A stretch of 64,000 nucleotides of DNA from the human T2T-CHM13v2.0 reference genome, Homo sapiens, in NCBI GenBank assembly GCA_009914755.4, contig CP086569.2, positions 27,648,001 to 27,712,000 of the forward strand. Direction: 5' to 3'. Position numbers and translations under genes: made by a program. Numbering within the stretch: the first letter of the stretch is position 1; every line of letters starts with the position of its first letter. The notes beneath the pieces were generated by a model, which was given only the letters and a program-made list of their open reading frames with translations, had not been told where the DNA came from and did not search any database. Shown piece by piece: positions 25,168 through 37,595 of this stretch.

Positions 25168-28100
25168 GGAATCAAAAGCAAACGAATGGAGTCAAACCAC
25201 ATTGGTTAGACTGACATCTAATAATATCAAAAGAAATGTGGTGAAGTGCAGTGGAGTGTAATGAAATGGGGTGGAATGAAATTGAATGGAGTGGAGTGGA
25301 GTGGAGTCTACTGGAGTGGAATGGAATGGAAAGGAATGGAATAGAATGGAGTGAAGTGCAGTGCAGTGAAATGGAGTGGAAAGGAATGGAATGGAAAGAA
25401 TTGAATCAAATGGAATCGAAGTGAATCGAATCTAATGAAATTGAATGCAAAAAAAGGAATGAGTAGAATCGAAAAAGATGGATTCAAATGGCAACAAATA
25501 AAATTGAATGGAATGCGGTGAGGTGCAGGAGATTGGAATGGAGTTGAATGGAATGGGGTGTAATTGAATTGAATGGAGTGGAGTGGCGTGAACTGGAGTG
25601 GAATGGAATGGAATGGGCAGGCATGGAATTGAAAGGCGTGGAGTGGAGTGGAATTGAGAGGAGTGGAATGGAGTAGGGTGGATTGTGGTGGAGAATATTG
25701 GAAAAGAGTGGAGTGGAATGGAATGGAATGGAGTGGAGTGGAATGGAATGGAATTGAGTGAAGTGGAGTGTAGTGGAATGGAGATTAATGGAGTGGAGTG
25801 GACTGGAGTGGAGTAGATTGCAGTGCATTGGGCTGTAGGGGATAGAAGTGGCTTGGAGTCCATAGGAGTGGAGTGGAATGGAATGGAATGGAGTGGAATG
25901 GACTGGAACGGAATGGAATGGAATGGATTTAAATGGCAGGGAATCAAATCGAATTGAATCATATTGAATCAAGTCGAATCGAGTGGAGGAAAGAAATCGA
26001 ATGAAATCGAATGGAATGAATTGAATGGGGTCGAATGTCAACCATGGAATCGAAAGCAATGTGGTAAAGTGGAATGGAGTGTTATGGAGTGGAATGGAAT
26101 GGGGTGACATGGAATTGAATACAGTGGAGAGGATTGGAGTGGATTTGGATAGAGTGGAACGGAAAGGGAAGGAATGGAACTGAATGGAGTGGAGTGGAAT
26201 GGAGAGGAATGGAATGGAATGGAATGGAATGGAATGGAATGGAATGTAATGGAACGGAATGGAGTGGTATGGAATCAAATCACATGGAACTGAATGAAAC
26301 CGAATTGAATGAAATTGAATGGAGAAAATGGAATCAAATGGAATCAAATCGAAGGGATTCGAATGTCATTGAATGGAATCGAAAGGAATGCAGTGAGGTG
26401 GGGTGGAGTGGAATGGAGTGGAATGGAATGGGATGAATGGAATTGAATGGAGTGGAGTGGAATGGAATGGAATGCAAAGGAATGGAATTGAACAAAATGG
26501 AGTGAAGTAGAACGGAGTGGATTGGAGTGGAGTGCAGAGGAATGCAGTGGAATGAAGAGGAGTGTAGTTGAATGGAATGGAATGTATGGAATGTTCTGGA
26601 ATAGAATGGATAAGAATGGAATGGAATGGAATTGCATGGAATTGAATAGAATGAAATCGAATTGAAAAGAATCAAATGGAAAAAATGGAGTCAAATGGAA
26701 TCGAATGGCATAGAATCGAACGGTTTTGAATGGCAGTGAATGGAAACGAATGGAATGCGATGAAGTGGAGCAGAGTGGAGTGGAAAGGAGTGCAATGGAA
26801 TAGGGTGGAACTGAATTTAATGGAACAGAGTGGATTGGAGTGGACTGGAGTGGAATGGAATGGGAAGGAATGGGATTGAAAGGAGTGGCGTGCAGTGGAG
26901 TGGAGTGGCATGGAGTGGAGTGGAGTGGAATGGAGTGGAATGGAATGGAGTGGAATGGAGTGTATTGGAATGGAATGGAGTGCAGAGGAATGGAATGGAA
27001 TGGTATAGAGTGGACAGGAATGGAGTGGAGCGGATTGGAATGGAATGGAATGGAATGGAATGGAACTGAATGGACTGGAACGGAATGGAATAGAATGGAA
27101 TCACAGGGAATCAAATTGGATTGAATCGAATCGAATGGAAAAAATGAAATCAAATGAAATTGAATGGAATCGAAATGAATGTAAACAATGGAATCCAATG
27201 GAATCCAATGGAATCGAATCAAATGGTTTTGAATGGCGTAAAATGAAATCTCATGGAAGACCGTGAATTGGAGTAGAGTGGAATAGAGAGGAATGAATTG
27301 GAATGGAGTGGAGTGGAATGGAGTGGATTCCAGTGGAGTGGAGTGGATTGGATTGGAATGGAATGGAATAGACTGGATTGGAGTGGTGTAGAGTGCAGTG
27401 GATTGGGGAGGAGAGGAATGGAGTGGCGTGAAGTCGAGTTGAGTGGAATGGAATGGAGTGGAGCAGAGTGGAATGCAAAAGAATGAAGTGGATTGGTGTG
27501 GAATGGAATGGCGTGGAATGGAGTGGAATAGAATGGAATGGAATCGCATGGAAGGATATCAAATCCAATGGAATCGAACGAAAATTATGAATCCAAAGGA
27601 ATCGAAAGCATTCCAAAGGAACGGATTCGAAAGGCATTTAATGGAATAGAAAGGTATGCAGTGAAGTGGAGTGGAGTGGATTGTTTTAGAGTGAAATGGG
27701 GTGGATTGGAACACTATGTGGTGGAGTGGAGTGTAGTGGATCGGAGTGGAGTGCCGTGGAGTGGACTAGAGTGGGGTGTAGTGGAGTGCATTGGAGTGGA
27801 ATGGAGTGGTCTGGGGTGGAATGGAATGGAATGGCATCAAATCGCATGGTAATGAATCAAATGGAATCAAATGGAATGAAATAATGGAATCGAAGGCAAA
27901 CGAATGGAATCGAATTGCACTGATTCTACTGACTTCGAACAAAATGAAATGAAATGCGGTGAAGTGGAGTGGAGTGGAATGTATTAGGGTGGAATGGAAT
28001 TGAATGGTGTGGAGTGGAGTGGAGTGCCCAGGAGTGGAATGGGAAGAAATGGAATTGAACGGAGTGGAGTGGAGTGGAATGGAGGGTAATGGAGTGGAAT

Positions 28101-28287
28101 GGAGTGGAGTGGAGTAGAGTGGAATGGGTTGGAGTGGAATGCAGAGGACAGGAGTGGAGTGTGGTGGACTGGAGTGGAGTGGAGTTGAGTGGAGTGGATT
28201 GGATTGAAATAGAGCGGAGCAGAGTGGAATGGAATTGAATCACATGGTACTGAATCAAATCGAATGGAATTAAATCGAATGAAAAAC
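25168..28287 (+). repeat. HOR copy U9 (3120 bp; the most substitution-rich copy)
   Basis: Landmark at 25168 (variant 'gacatctaataatatc') and 28288. Confidence 0.85.
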
Positions 28288-31200
28288 GGAATCAAAAGCA
28301 AACGAATGGAGTCAAACCACATTGGTTAGACTGACATCGAATAATATCAAAAGAAATGTGGTGAAGGTGAGTGGAGTGTAATGAAATGGGGTGGAATGAA
28401 ATTGAATGGAGTGGAGTGGAGTGGAGTCTACTGGAGTGGAATGGAATGGAATGGAAAGGAATGGAATAGAATGGAGTGAAGTGCAGTGCAGTGAAATGGA
28501 GTGGAAAGGAATGGAAAGGAATGAATTGAATCAAATGGAATCGAAGTGAATCGAATCTAATGAAATTGAATGCAAAACAGGGAATGAGTAGAATCGAAAA
28601 AGATGGTTTCAAATGGCAACAAATAAAATTGAATGGAATGCGGTGAGGTGGAGGGGATTGGAATGGAGTTGAATGGAATGGGGTGTAATTGAATTGAATG
28701 GAGTGTAGTGGAGTGAACTGGAGTTCAATGGAATGGAATGGGCAGGCATGGAATTGAAAGGCGTGGAGTGGAGTGGAATTGAGAGGAGTGGAATGGAGTA
28801 GGGTGGATTGTGGTGGAGAATATTGGAAAAGAGTGGAGTGGAATGGAATGGAATGGAGTGGAGTGGAATGGAATGGAATTGAGTGAAGTGGAGTGTAGTG
28901 GAATGGAGAGTAATGGAGTGGAGTGGACTGGAGTGGAGTAGATTGCAGTGCATTGGACTGTAGGGGATTGAAGTGGCTTGGAGTCCATAGGAGTGGAGTG
29001 GAATGGAATGGAATGGAGTGGAATGGACTGGAACGGAATGGAATGGAATGGATTTAAATGGCAGGGAATCAAATCGAATTGAATCATATTGAATCAAGTC
29101 GAATCGAGTGGAGGAAAGAAATCGAATGAAATCGAATGGAATGAATTGAATGGAGTCGAATGTCAACCATGGAATCGAAAGTAATGTGGTAAAGTGGAGT
29201 GGAGTGTTATGGAGTGGAATGGAATGGGGTGACATGGAATTGAATACAGTGGAGAGGAGTGGAGTGGATTGGGCTAGAGTGGAACGGAAAGGGAAGGAAT
29301 GGAACTGAATGGAGTGGAGTGGAATGGAATGGAATGGAATGGAATGGAATGGAACGGAATGGAGTGGAATGGAATCGAATCACATGGAACTGAATGAAAC
29401 CGAATTGAATGAAATTGAATGGAGAAAATGGAATCAAACGGAATCAAATCGAACGGATTCGAATGTCATTGAATGGAATCGAAAGGAATGCAGTGAGCTG
29501 GGGTTGAGTGGAATGGAGTGGAATGGAATGGGATGAATGGAATTGAATGGAGTGGAGTGGAATGGAATGGAATGGAAAGGAATGGAATTGAACAAAATGG
29601 AGTGTAGTAGAATGGAGTGGATTGGAGTGGAGTGCAGGTGAGTGCAGTGGAATGAAGAGGAGTGTAGTTGAATGGAATGGAATGTATGGAATGTACTGGA
29701 ATAGAATGGATAAGAATGGAATGGAATGGAATCGCATGGAATTGAATAGAATCAAATCGAATTGAATAGAATCAAATGGAAAAAATGGTGTCAAATGGAA
29801 TCGAATGGCATAGAATCGAACGGTTTTGAATGGCAGTGAATGGAAACGAATGGAATGCGATGAAGTGGAGCAGAGTGGAGTGGAAAGGAGTGCAGTGGAA
29901 TAGGGTGGAACTGAATTTAATGGAACAGAGTGGATTGGGGTGGACTGGAGTGGAATAGAATGGGAAGGAATGGGATTGAAAGGAGTGGCGTGCAGTGGAG
30001 TGGAGTGGCATGGAGTGGAGTGGAGTGGAATGGAGTGGAATGGAATGGAGTGGAATGGAGTGGATTGGAATGGAATGGAGTGGAGAGGAATGGAATAGAA
30101 TGGTATAGAGTGGACAGGAATGGAGTGGAGGGGATTGTAATGGAATGGAATGGAATGGAATGGAATGGAACTGAAAGGACTGGAATGGAATGGAATAGAA
30201 TGGAATCACAGGGAATCAAATTGGATTGAATCGAATCGAATGGAAAAAATGAAATCAAATGAAATTGAATGGAATAGAAATGAATGTAAACAATGGAATC
30301 CAATGGAATCCTATGGAATCGAATCAAATGGTTTTGAATGGCGTAAAATGAAATCGCAAGGAAGGCAGTGAATTGGAGTGGAGTGGAATAGAGAGGAATG
30401 AAATGGAATGGAGTGGAGTGGAATGGAGTGGATTCCAGTGGAGTGGAGTGGATTGGATTTTAATGGAATGGAATAGACTGGATTGGAGTGGTGTAGAGTG
30501 CAGTGGATTGGAGTGGAGAGGAATGGAGTGGAGTGAAGTCGAGTTGAGTGGAATGGAATGGAGTGGAGCAGAGTGGAATGCAAAAGAATGAAGTGGATTG
30601 GTGTGGAATGGAATGGCGTGGAATGGAGTGGGATAGAATGCAATGGAATCGCATGGAAGGATATCAAATCAAATGGAATCGAACGAAAATTATGAATCAA
30701 ATGGAAGCGAAAGGATTCCAAAGGAACGGATTCGAAAGGCATTTAATGGAATGGAAAGGTATGCAGTGAAGTGGAGTGGAGTGGAGTGGATTGTTTTAGA
30801 GTGAAATGATGTGGATTGGAATACTATGTGGTGGAGTGGAGTGTAGTGGATCGGAGTGGAGTGCCGTGGAGTGGACTAGAGTGGGGTGGAGTGGAGTGCA
30901 TTGGAGTGGAATGGAGTGGAGTGGGGTGGAATTGAATGGAATGGCATGAAATCGCATGGTAATGAATCAAATGGAATGAAATAATGGAATCGAAGGCAAA
31001 CGAATGGAATCGAATTGCAATGATTCTACTGACTTCGAACAAAATGAAATGAAATGCGGTGAAGTGGAGTGGAGTGGAATGTATTAGGGTGGAATGGAAT
31101 TGAATGGTGTGGAGTTGAGTGGAGTGCCCAGGAGTGGAATGGGAAGAAATGGAATTGAACGGAGTGGAGTGGAGTGGAATGGAGGGTAATGGAGTGGAAT

Positions 31201-31388
31201 GGAGTGGAGTGGAGTAGAGTGGAATGGGTTGGAGTGGAATGCAGAGGACAGGAGTGGAGTGTGGTGGACTGGAGTGGAGTGGAGTTGAGTGGAGTGGATT
31301 GGATTGAAATAGAGCGGAGCAGAGTGGAATGGAATTGAATCACATGGTACTGAATCAAATCGAATGGAATTGAATCGAATGAAAAAAC
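28288..31388 (+). repeat. HOR copy U10 (3101 bp)
   Basis: Landmark at 28288 and 31389. Confidence 0.85.
29321..29350 (+). repeat. Homologous pure (GGAAT)6 tract in U10
   Basis: Read directly; the flanking 'ggaatggagt' element present in U1 is missing here. Confidence 0.8.
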
Positions 31389-34300
31389 GGAATCAAAAGC
31401 AAACGAATGGAGTCAAACCACATTGGTTAGACTGACATCGAATAATATCAAAAGAAATGTGGTGAAGTGGAGTGGAGTGTAATGAAATGGGGTGGAATGA
31501 AATTGAATGGAGTGGAGTGGAGTCTACTGGAGTGGAATGGAATGGAATGGAAAGGAATGGAATAGAATGGAGTGAAGTGCAGTGCAGTGAAATGGAGTGG
31601 AAAGGAATGGAAAGGAAAGAATTGAATCAAATGGAATCGAAGTGAATCGAATCTAAAGAAATTGAACGCAAAACCTGGAATGAGTAGAATCGAAAAAGAT
31701 GGATTCAAATGGCAACAAATAAAATTGAATGGAATGCGGTGACGTGGAGGGGATTGGAATGGAGTTGAATGGAATGGGGTGTAATTGAATTGAATGGAGT
31801 GGAGTGAACTGGAGTGGAATGGAATGGAATGGGCAGGCATGGAATTGAAAGGCGTGGATTGGAGTGGAATTGAGAAGAGTGGAATGGAGTAGGGTGGAGT
31901 GTGGTTCAGAATATTGGAAAAGAGTGGAGTGGAATGGAATGGAATGGAGTGGAGTGGAATGGAATGGAATTGAGTGAAGTGGAGTGTAGTGGAATGGAGA
32001 GTAATGGAGTGGAGTGGACTGGAGTGGAGTAGATTGCAGTGCATTGGACTGTAGGGGATAGAAGTGGCTTGGAGTCCATGGGAGTGGAGTGGAATGGAAT
32101 GGAATGGAGTGGAATGGACTGGAACGGAATGGAATGGAATGGATTTAAATGGCAGGGAATCAAATCGAATTGAATCATATTGAATCAAGTCGAATCGAGT
32201 GGAGGAAAGAAATCGAATGAAATCGAATGGAATGAATTGAATGGAGTCGAATGTCAACCATGGAATCGAAAGTAATGTGGTAAAGTGGAGTGGAGTGTTA
32301 TGGAGTGGAATGGCATGGGGTGACATGGAATGGAATACAGTGGAGAGGAGTGGAGTGGATTGGGCTAGAGTGGAACGGAAAGCGAAGGAATGGAACTGAA
32401 TGGAGTGGAGTGGAATGGAGTGGAATGGAATGGAATGGAATGGAATGGAACGGAATGGAGTGGAATGGAATCGAATCACATGGAACTGAATGAAACCGAA
32501 TTGAATGAAATTGAATGGAGAAAATGGAATCAAATCGAACGGATTCGAATGTCATTGAATGGAATGGAAAGGAATGCAGTGAGGTGGGGTTGAGTGGAAT
32601 GGAGTGGAAAGGAATGGGATGAATTGAATTGAATGTAGGGGAGTGGAATGGAATGGAATGGAAAGGAATGGAATTGAACAAAATGGAGTGTAGTAGAATG
32701 GAGTGGATTGGAGTGGAGTGCAGGGGAGTGCAGTGGAATGAAGAGGAGTGTAGTTGAACGGAATGGAATGTATGGAATGTACTGGAATAGAATGGATAAG
32801 AATGGAATGGAATGGAATCGTATGGAATTGAATAGAATCAAATCGAATTGAATAGAATCAAATGGAAAAAATGGAGTCAAATGGAATCGAATGGCATAGA
32901 ATCGAACGGTTTTGAATGTCAGTGAATGGAAACGAATGGAATACGATGAAGTGGAGCAGAGTGGAGTGGAAAGGAGTGCAATGGAATAGGGTGGAACTGA
33001 ATTTAATGGAACAGAGTGGATTGGAGTGGACTGGAGTGGAATGGAATGGGAAGGAATGGGATTGAAAGGAGTGGCGTGCAGTGGAGTGGAGTGGCATGGA
33101 GTGGAGTGGAGTGGAATGGAGTGGAATGGAATGGAGTGGAATGGAGTGGATTGGAATGGAATGGAGTGCAGAGGAATGGAATGGAATGGTATAGAGTGGA
33201 CAGGAATGGAGTGGAGCGGATTGGAATGGAATGGAATGGAATGGAATGGAACTGAATGGACTGGAATGGAATGGAATAGAATGGAATCACAGTGAATCAA
33301 ATTGGATTGAATCGAATCGAATGGAAAAAATGAAATCAAATGAAATTGAATGGAATCGAAATGAATGTAAACAATGGAATCCAATGGAATCCAATGGAAT
33401 CGAATCAAATGGTTTTGAATGGCGTAAAATGAAATCGCAAGGAAGGCAGTGAATTCGAGTGGAGTGGAATAGAGAGGAATGAATTGGAATGGAGTGGAGT
33501 GGAATGGAGTGGATTCCAGTGGAGTGGAGTGGATTGGATTTTAATGGAATGGAATAGACTGGATTGGAGTGGTGTAGAGTGCAGTGGATAGGAGTGGAGA
33601 GGAATGGATTGGAGTGAAGTCGAGCTGAGTGGAATGGAATGGAGTGGAGCAGAGTGGAATGCAAAAGAATGAAGTGGATTGGTGTGGAATGGAATGGCGT
33701 GGAAAGGAGTGGAATAGAATGGAATGGAATCGCATGGAAGGATATCAAATCAAATGGAATCGAACGAAAATTATGAATCCAATGGAATCGAAAGGATTCC
33801 AAAGGAACGGATTCGAAAGGCATTTAATGGAATGGAAAGGTATGCAGTGAAGTGGAGTGGAGTGGAGTGGATTGTTTTAGAGTGAAATGGGGTGGATTGG
33901 AACACTATGTGGTGGAGTGGAGTGTAGTGGATCGGAGTGGAGTGCCGTGGAGTGGACTAGAGTGGGGTGGAGTGGAGTGCATTGGAGTGGAATGGAGTGG
34001 AGTGCGGTGGAATGGAATGGAATGGCATCAAATCGCATGGTAATGAATCAAATGGAATCAAATGGAATGAAATAATGGAATCGAAGGCAAACGAATGGAA
34101 TCGAATTGCACTGATTCTACTGACTTCGAACAAAATGAAATGAAATGCGGTGAAGTGGAGTGGAGTGGAATGTATTAGGGTGGAATGGAATTGAATGGTG
34201 TGGAGTGGAGTGGAGTGTCCAGGAGTGGAATGGGAAGAAATGGAATTGAACGGAGTGGAGTGGAGTGGAATGGAGGGTAATGGAGTGGAATGGAGTGGAG

Positions 34301-34479
34301 TGGAGTAGAGTGGAATGGGTTGGAGTGGAATGCAGAGGACAGGAGTGGAGTGTGGTGGACTGGAGTGGAGTGGAGTGGAGTGAAGTGGATTGGATTGAAA
34401 TAGAGCGGAGCAGAGTGGAATGCAATTGAATCACATGGTACTGAATCAAATCGAATGGAATTAAATCGAATGAAAAAAC
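31389..34479 (+). repeat. HOR copy U11 (3091 bp)
   Basis: Landmark at 31389 and 34480. Confidence 0.85.
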
Positions 34480-37400
34480 GGAATCAAAAGCAAACGAATG
34501 GAGTCAAACCACATTGGTTAGACTGATATCGAATAATATCAAAAGAAATGTGGTGAAGTGGAGTGGAGTGTAATGAAATGGGGTGGAATGAAATTGAATG
34601 GAGTGGAGTGGAGTGGAATCTACTGGAGTGGAATGGAATGGAATGGAAAGGAATGGAATAGAATGGAGTGAAGTGCAGTGCAGTGAAATGGAGTGGAAAG
34701 GAATGGAATGGAAAGAATTGAATCAAATGGAATCGAAGTGAATCGAATCTAATGAAATTGAACGCAAAACATGGAATGAGTAGAATCGAAAAAGATGGAT
34801 TCAAATGGCAACAAATAAAATTGAATGGAATGCGGTGAGGTGGAGGGGATTGGAATGGAGTTGAATGGAATGGGGTGTAATTGAATTGAATGGAGTGGAG
34901 TGGAGTGAACTGGAGGGGAATGGAATGGAATGGGCAGGCATGGAATTGAAAGGTGTGGAGTGGAGTGGAATTGAGAGGAGTGGAATGGAGTAGGGTGGAT
35001 TGTGGTGGAGAATATTGGGAAAGAGTGGAGTGGAATGTAATGGAATGGAGTGGAGTGGAATGGAATGGAATTGAGTGAAGTGGATTGTAGTGGAATGGAG
35101 AGTAATGGAGTGGAGTGGACTGGAGTGGAGTAGATTGCAGTGCATTGGACTGTAGGGGATAGAAGTGGCTTGGAGTCCATAGGGGTGGAGTGGAATGGAA
35201 TGGAATGGAGTGGAATGGACTGGAACGGAATGGAATGGAATGGATTTAAATGGCAGGGAATCAAATCGAATTGAATCATATTGAATCAAGTCGAATCGAG
35301 TGGAGGAAAGAAATCGAATGAAATCGAATGGAATGAATTGAATGGAGTCGAATGTCAACCATGGAATCGAAAGTAATGTGGTAAAGTGGAGTGGAGTGTT
35401 ATGGAGTGGAATGGAATGGGGTGACATGGAATTGAATACAGTGGAGAGGAGTGGAGTGGATTGGGCTAGAGTGGAACGGAAAGGGAAGGAATGGAACTGA
35501 ATGGAGTGGAGTGGAATGGAGTGGAATGGAATGGAATGGAATGGAATGGAATGGAATGGAACGGAATGGAGTGGAATGGAATCGAATGACATGGAACTGA
35601 ATGAAACCGAATTGAATGAAATTGAATGGAGAAAATGGAATCAAATGGAATCAAATCGAACGGATTCGAATGTCATTGAATGGAATCGAAAGGAATGCAG
35701 TGAGGTGGGGTTGAGTGGAATGGAGTGGAATGGAATGGGATGAATGGAATTGAATGGAGGGGAGTGGAATGGAATGGAATGGAAAGGAATGGAATTGAAC
35801 AAAATGGAGTGTAGTAGAATGGAGTGGATTGGAGTGGAGTGCAGGGGAGTGCAGTGGAATGAAGAGGAGTGTAGTTGAATGGAATGGAATGTATGGAATG
35901 TACTGGAATAGAATGGATAAGAATGGAATGGAATGGAATCGCATGGAATTGAATAGAATCAAATCGAATTGAATGGAATCAAATGGAAAAAATGGTGTCA
36001 AATGGAATCAAATGGCATAGAATCGAACGGTTTTGAATGTCAGTGAATGGAAACGAATGGAATGCGATGAAGTGGAGCAGAGTGGAGTGGAAAGGAGTGC
36101 AATGGAATAGGGTGGAACTGAATTTAATGGAACAGAGTGGATTGGAGTGGACTGGAGTGGAATGGAATGGGAAGGAATGGGATCGAAATTAGTGCCGTGC
36201 AGTGGAGTGGAGTGGCATGGAGTGGAGTGGAGTGGAATGGAGTGGAATGGCATGGAGTGGAATGGAGTGGATTGGAATGGAATGGAGTGCAGAGGAATGG
36301 AATGGAATGGTATAGAGTGGACAGGAATGGAGTGGAGCGGATTGTAATGGAATGGAATGGAATGGAATGGAATGGAACTGAATGGACTGGAATGGAATGG
36401 AATAGAATGGAATCACAGTGAATCAAATTGGATTGAATCGAATCGAATGGAAAAAATGAAATCAAATGAAATTGAATGGAATCGAAATGAATGTAAACAA
36501 TGAAATCCAATGGAATCCAATGGAATCGAATCAAATGGTTTTGAATGGCATAAAATGAAATCGCAAGGAAGGCAGTGAATTGGAGTGGAGTGGAATAGAG
36601 AGGAATGAATTGGAATGGAGTGGAGCGGAATGGAGTGGATTCCAGTGGAGTGGAGTGGATTGGATTGGAATGGAATGGAATAGACTGGATTGGAGTGGTG
36701 TAGAGTGCATTGGATTGGAGTGGAGAGGAATGGAGTGGAGTGAAGTCGAGTTGAGTGGAATGGAATGGAGTTGAGCATAGTGGAATGCAAAAGAATGAAG
36801 TGGATTGGTGTGGAATGGAATGGAGTGGAATAGAATGGAATGGAATCGCATGGAAGGATATCAAATCCAATGGAATCGAATGAAAATTATGAATCCAATG
36901 GAATCGAAAGGATTCCAAAGGAATGGATTCGAAAGGCATTTAATGGAATGGAAAGGTATGCAGTGAAGTGGAGTGGAGTGGAGTGGATTGTTTTAGAGTG
37001 AAATGGATTGGATTGGAACACTATGTGGTGGAGTGGAGTGTAGTGGATCGGAGTGGAGTGCCGTGGAGTGGACTAGAGTGGGGTGGAGTGGAGTGCATTG
37101 GAGTGGAATGGAGTGGAGTGGGGTGGAATGGAATGGAATGGCATCAAATCGCATGGTAATGAATCAAATGGAATCAAATGGAATGAAATAATGGAATCGA
37201 AGGCAAACGAATGGAATCGAATTGCACTGATTCTACTGACTTCGAAGAAAATGAAATGAAATGCGGTGAAGTGGAGTGGAGTGGAATGTATTAGGGTGGA
37301 ATCGAACTGAATGGTGTGGAGTGGATTGGAGTGCCCAGGAGTGGAATGGGAAGAAATGGAATTGAACGGAGTGGAGTGGAGTGGAATGGAGGGTAATGGA

Positions 37401-37595
37401 GTGGAATGGAGTGGAGTGGAGTAGAGTGGAATGGGTTGGAGTGGAATGCAGAGGACAGGAGTGGAGTGTGGTGGACTGGAGTGGAGTGGAGTTGTGTGGA
37501 GTGGATTGGATTGAAATAGAGCGGAGCAGAGTGGAATGGAATTGAATCACATGGTACTGAATCAAATCGAATGGAATTAAATCGAATGAAAAAAC
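34480..37595 (+). repeat. HOR copy U12 (3116 bp)
   Basis: Landmark at 34480 and 37596. Confidence 0.85.
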
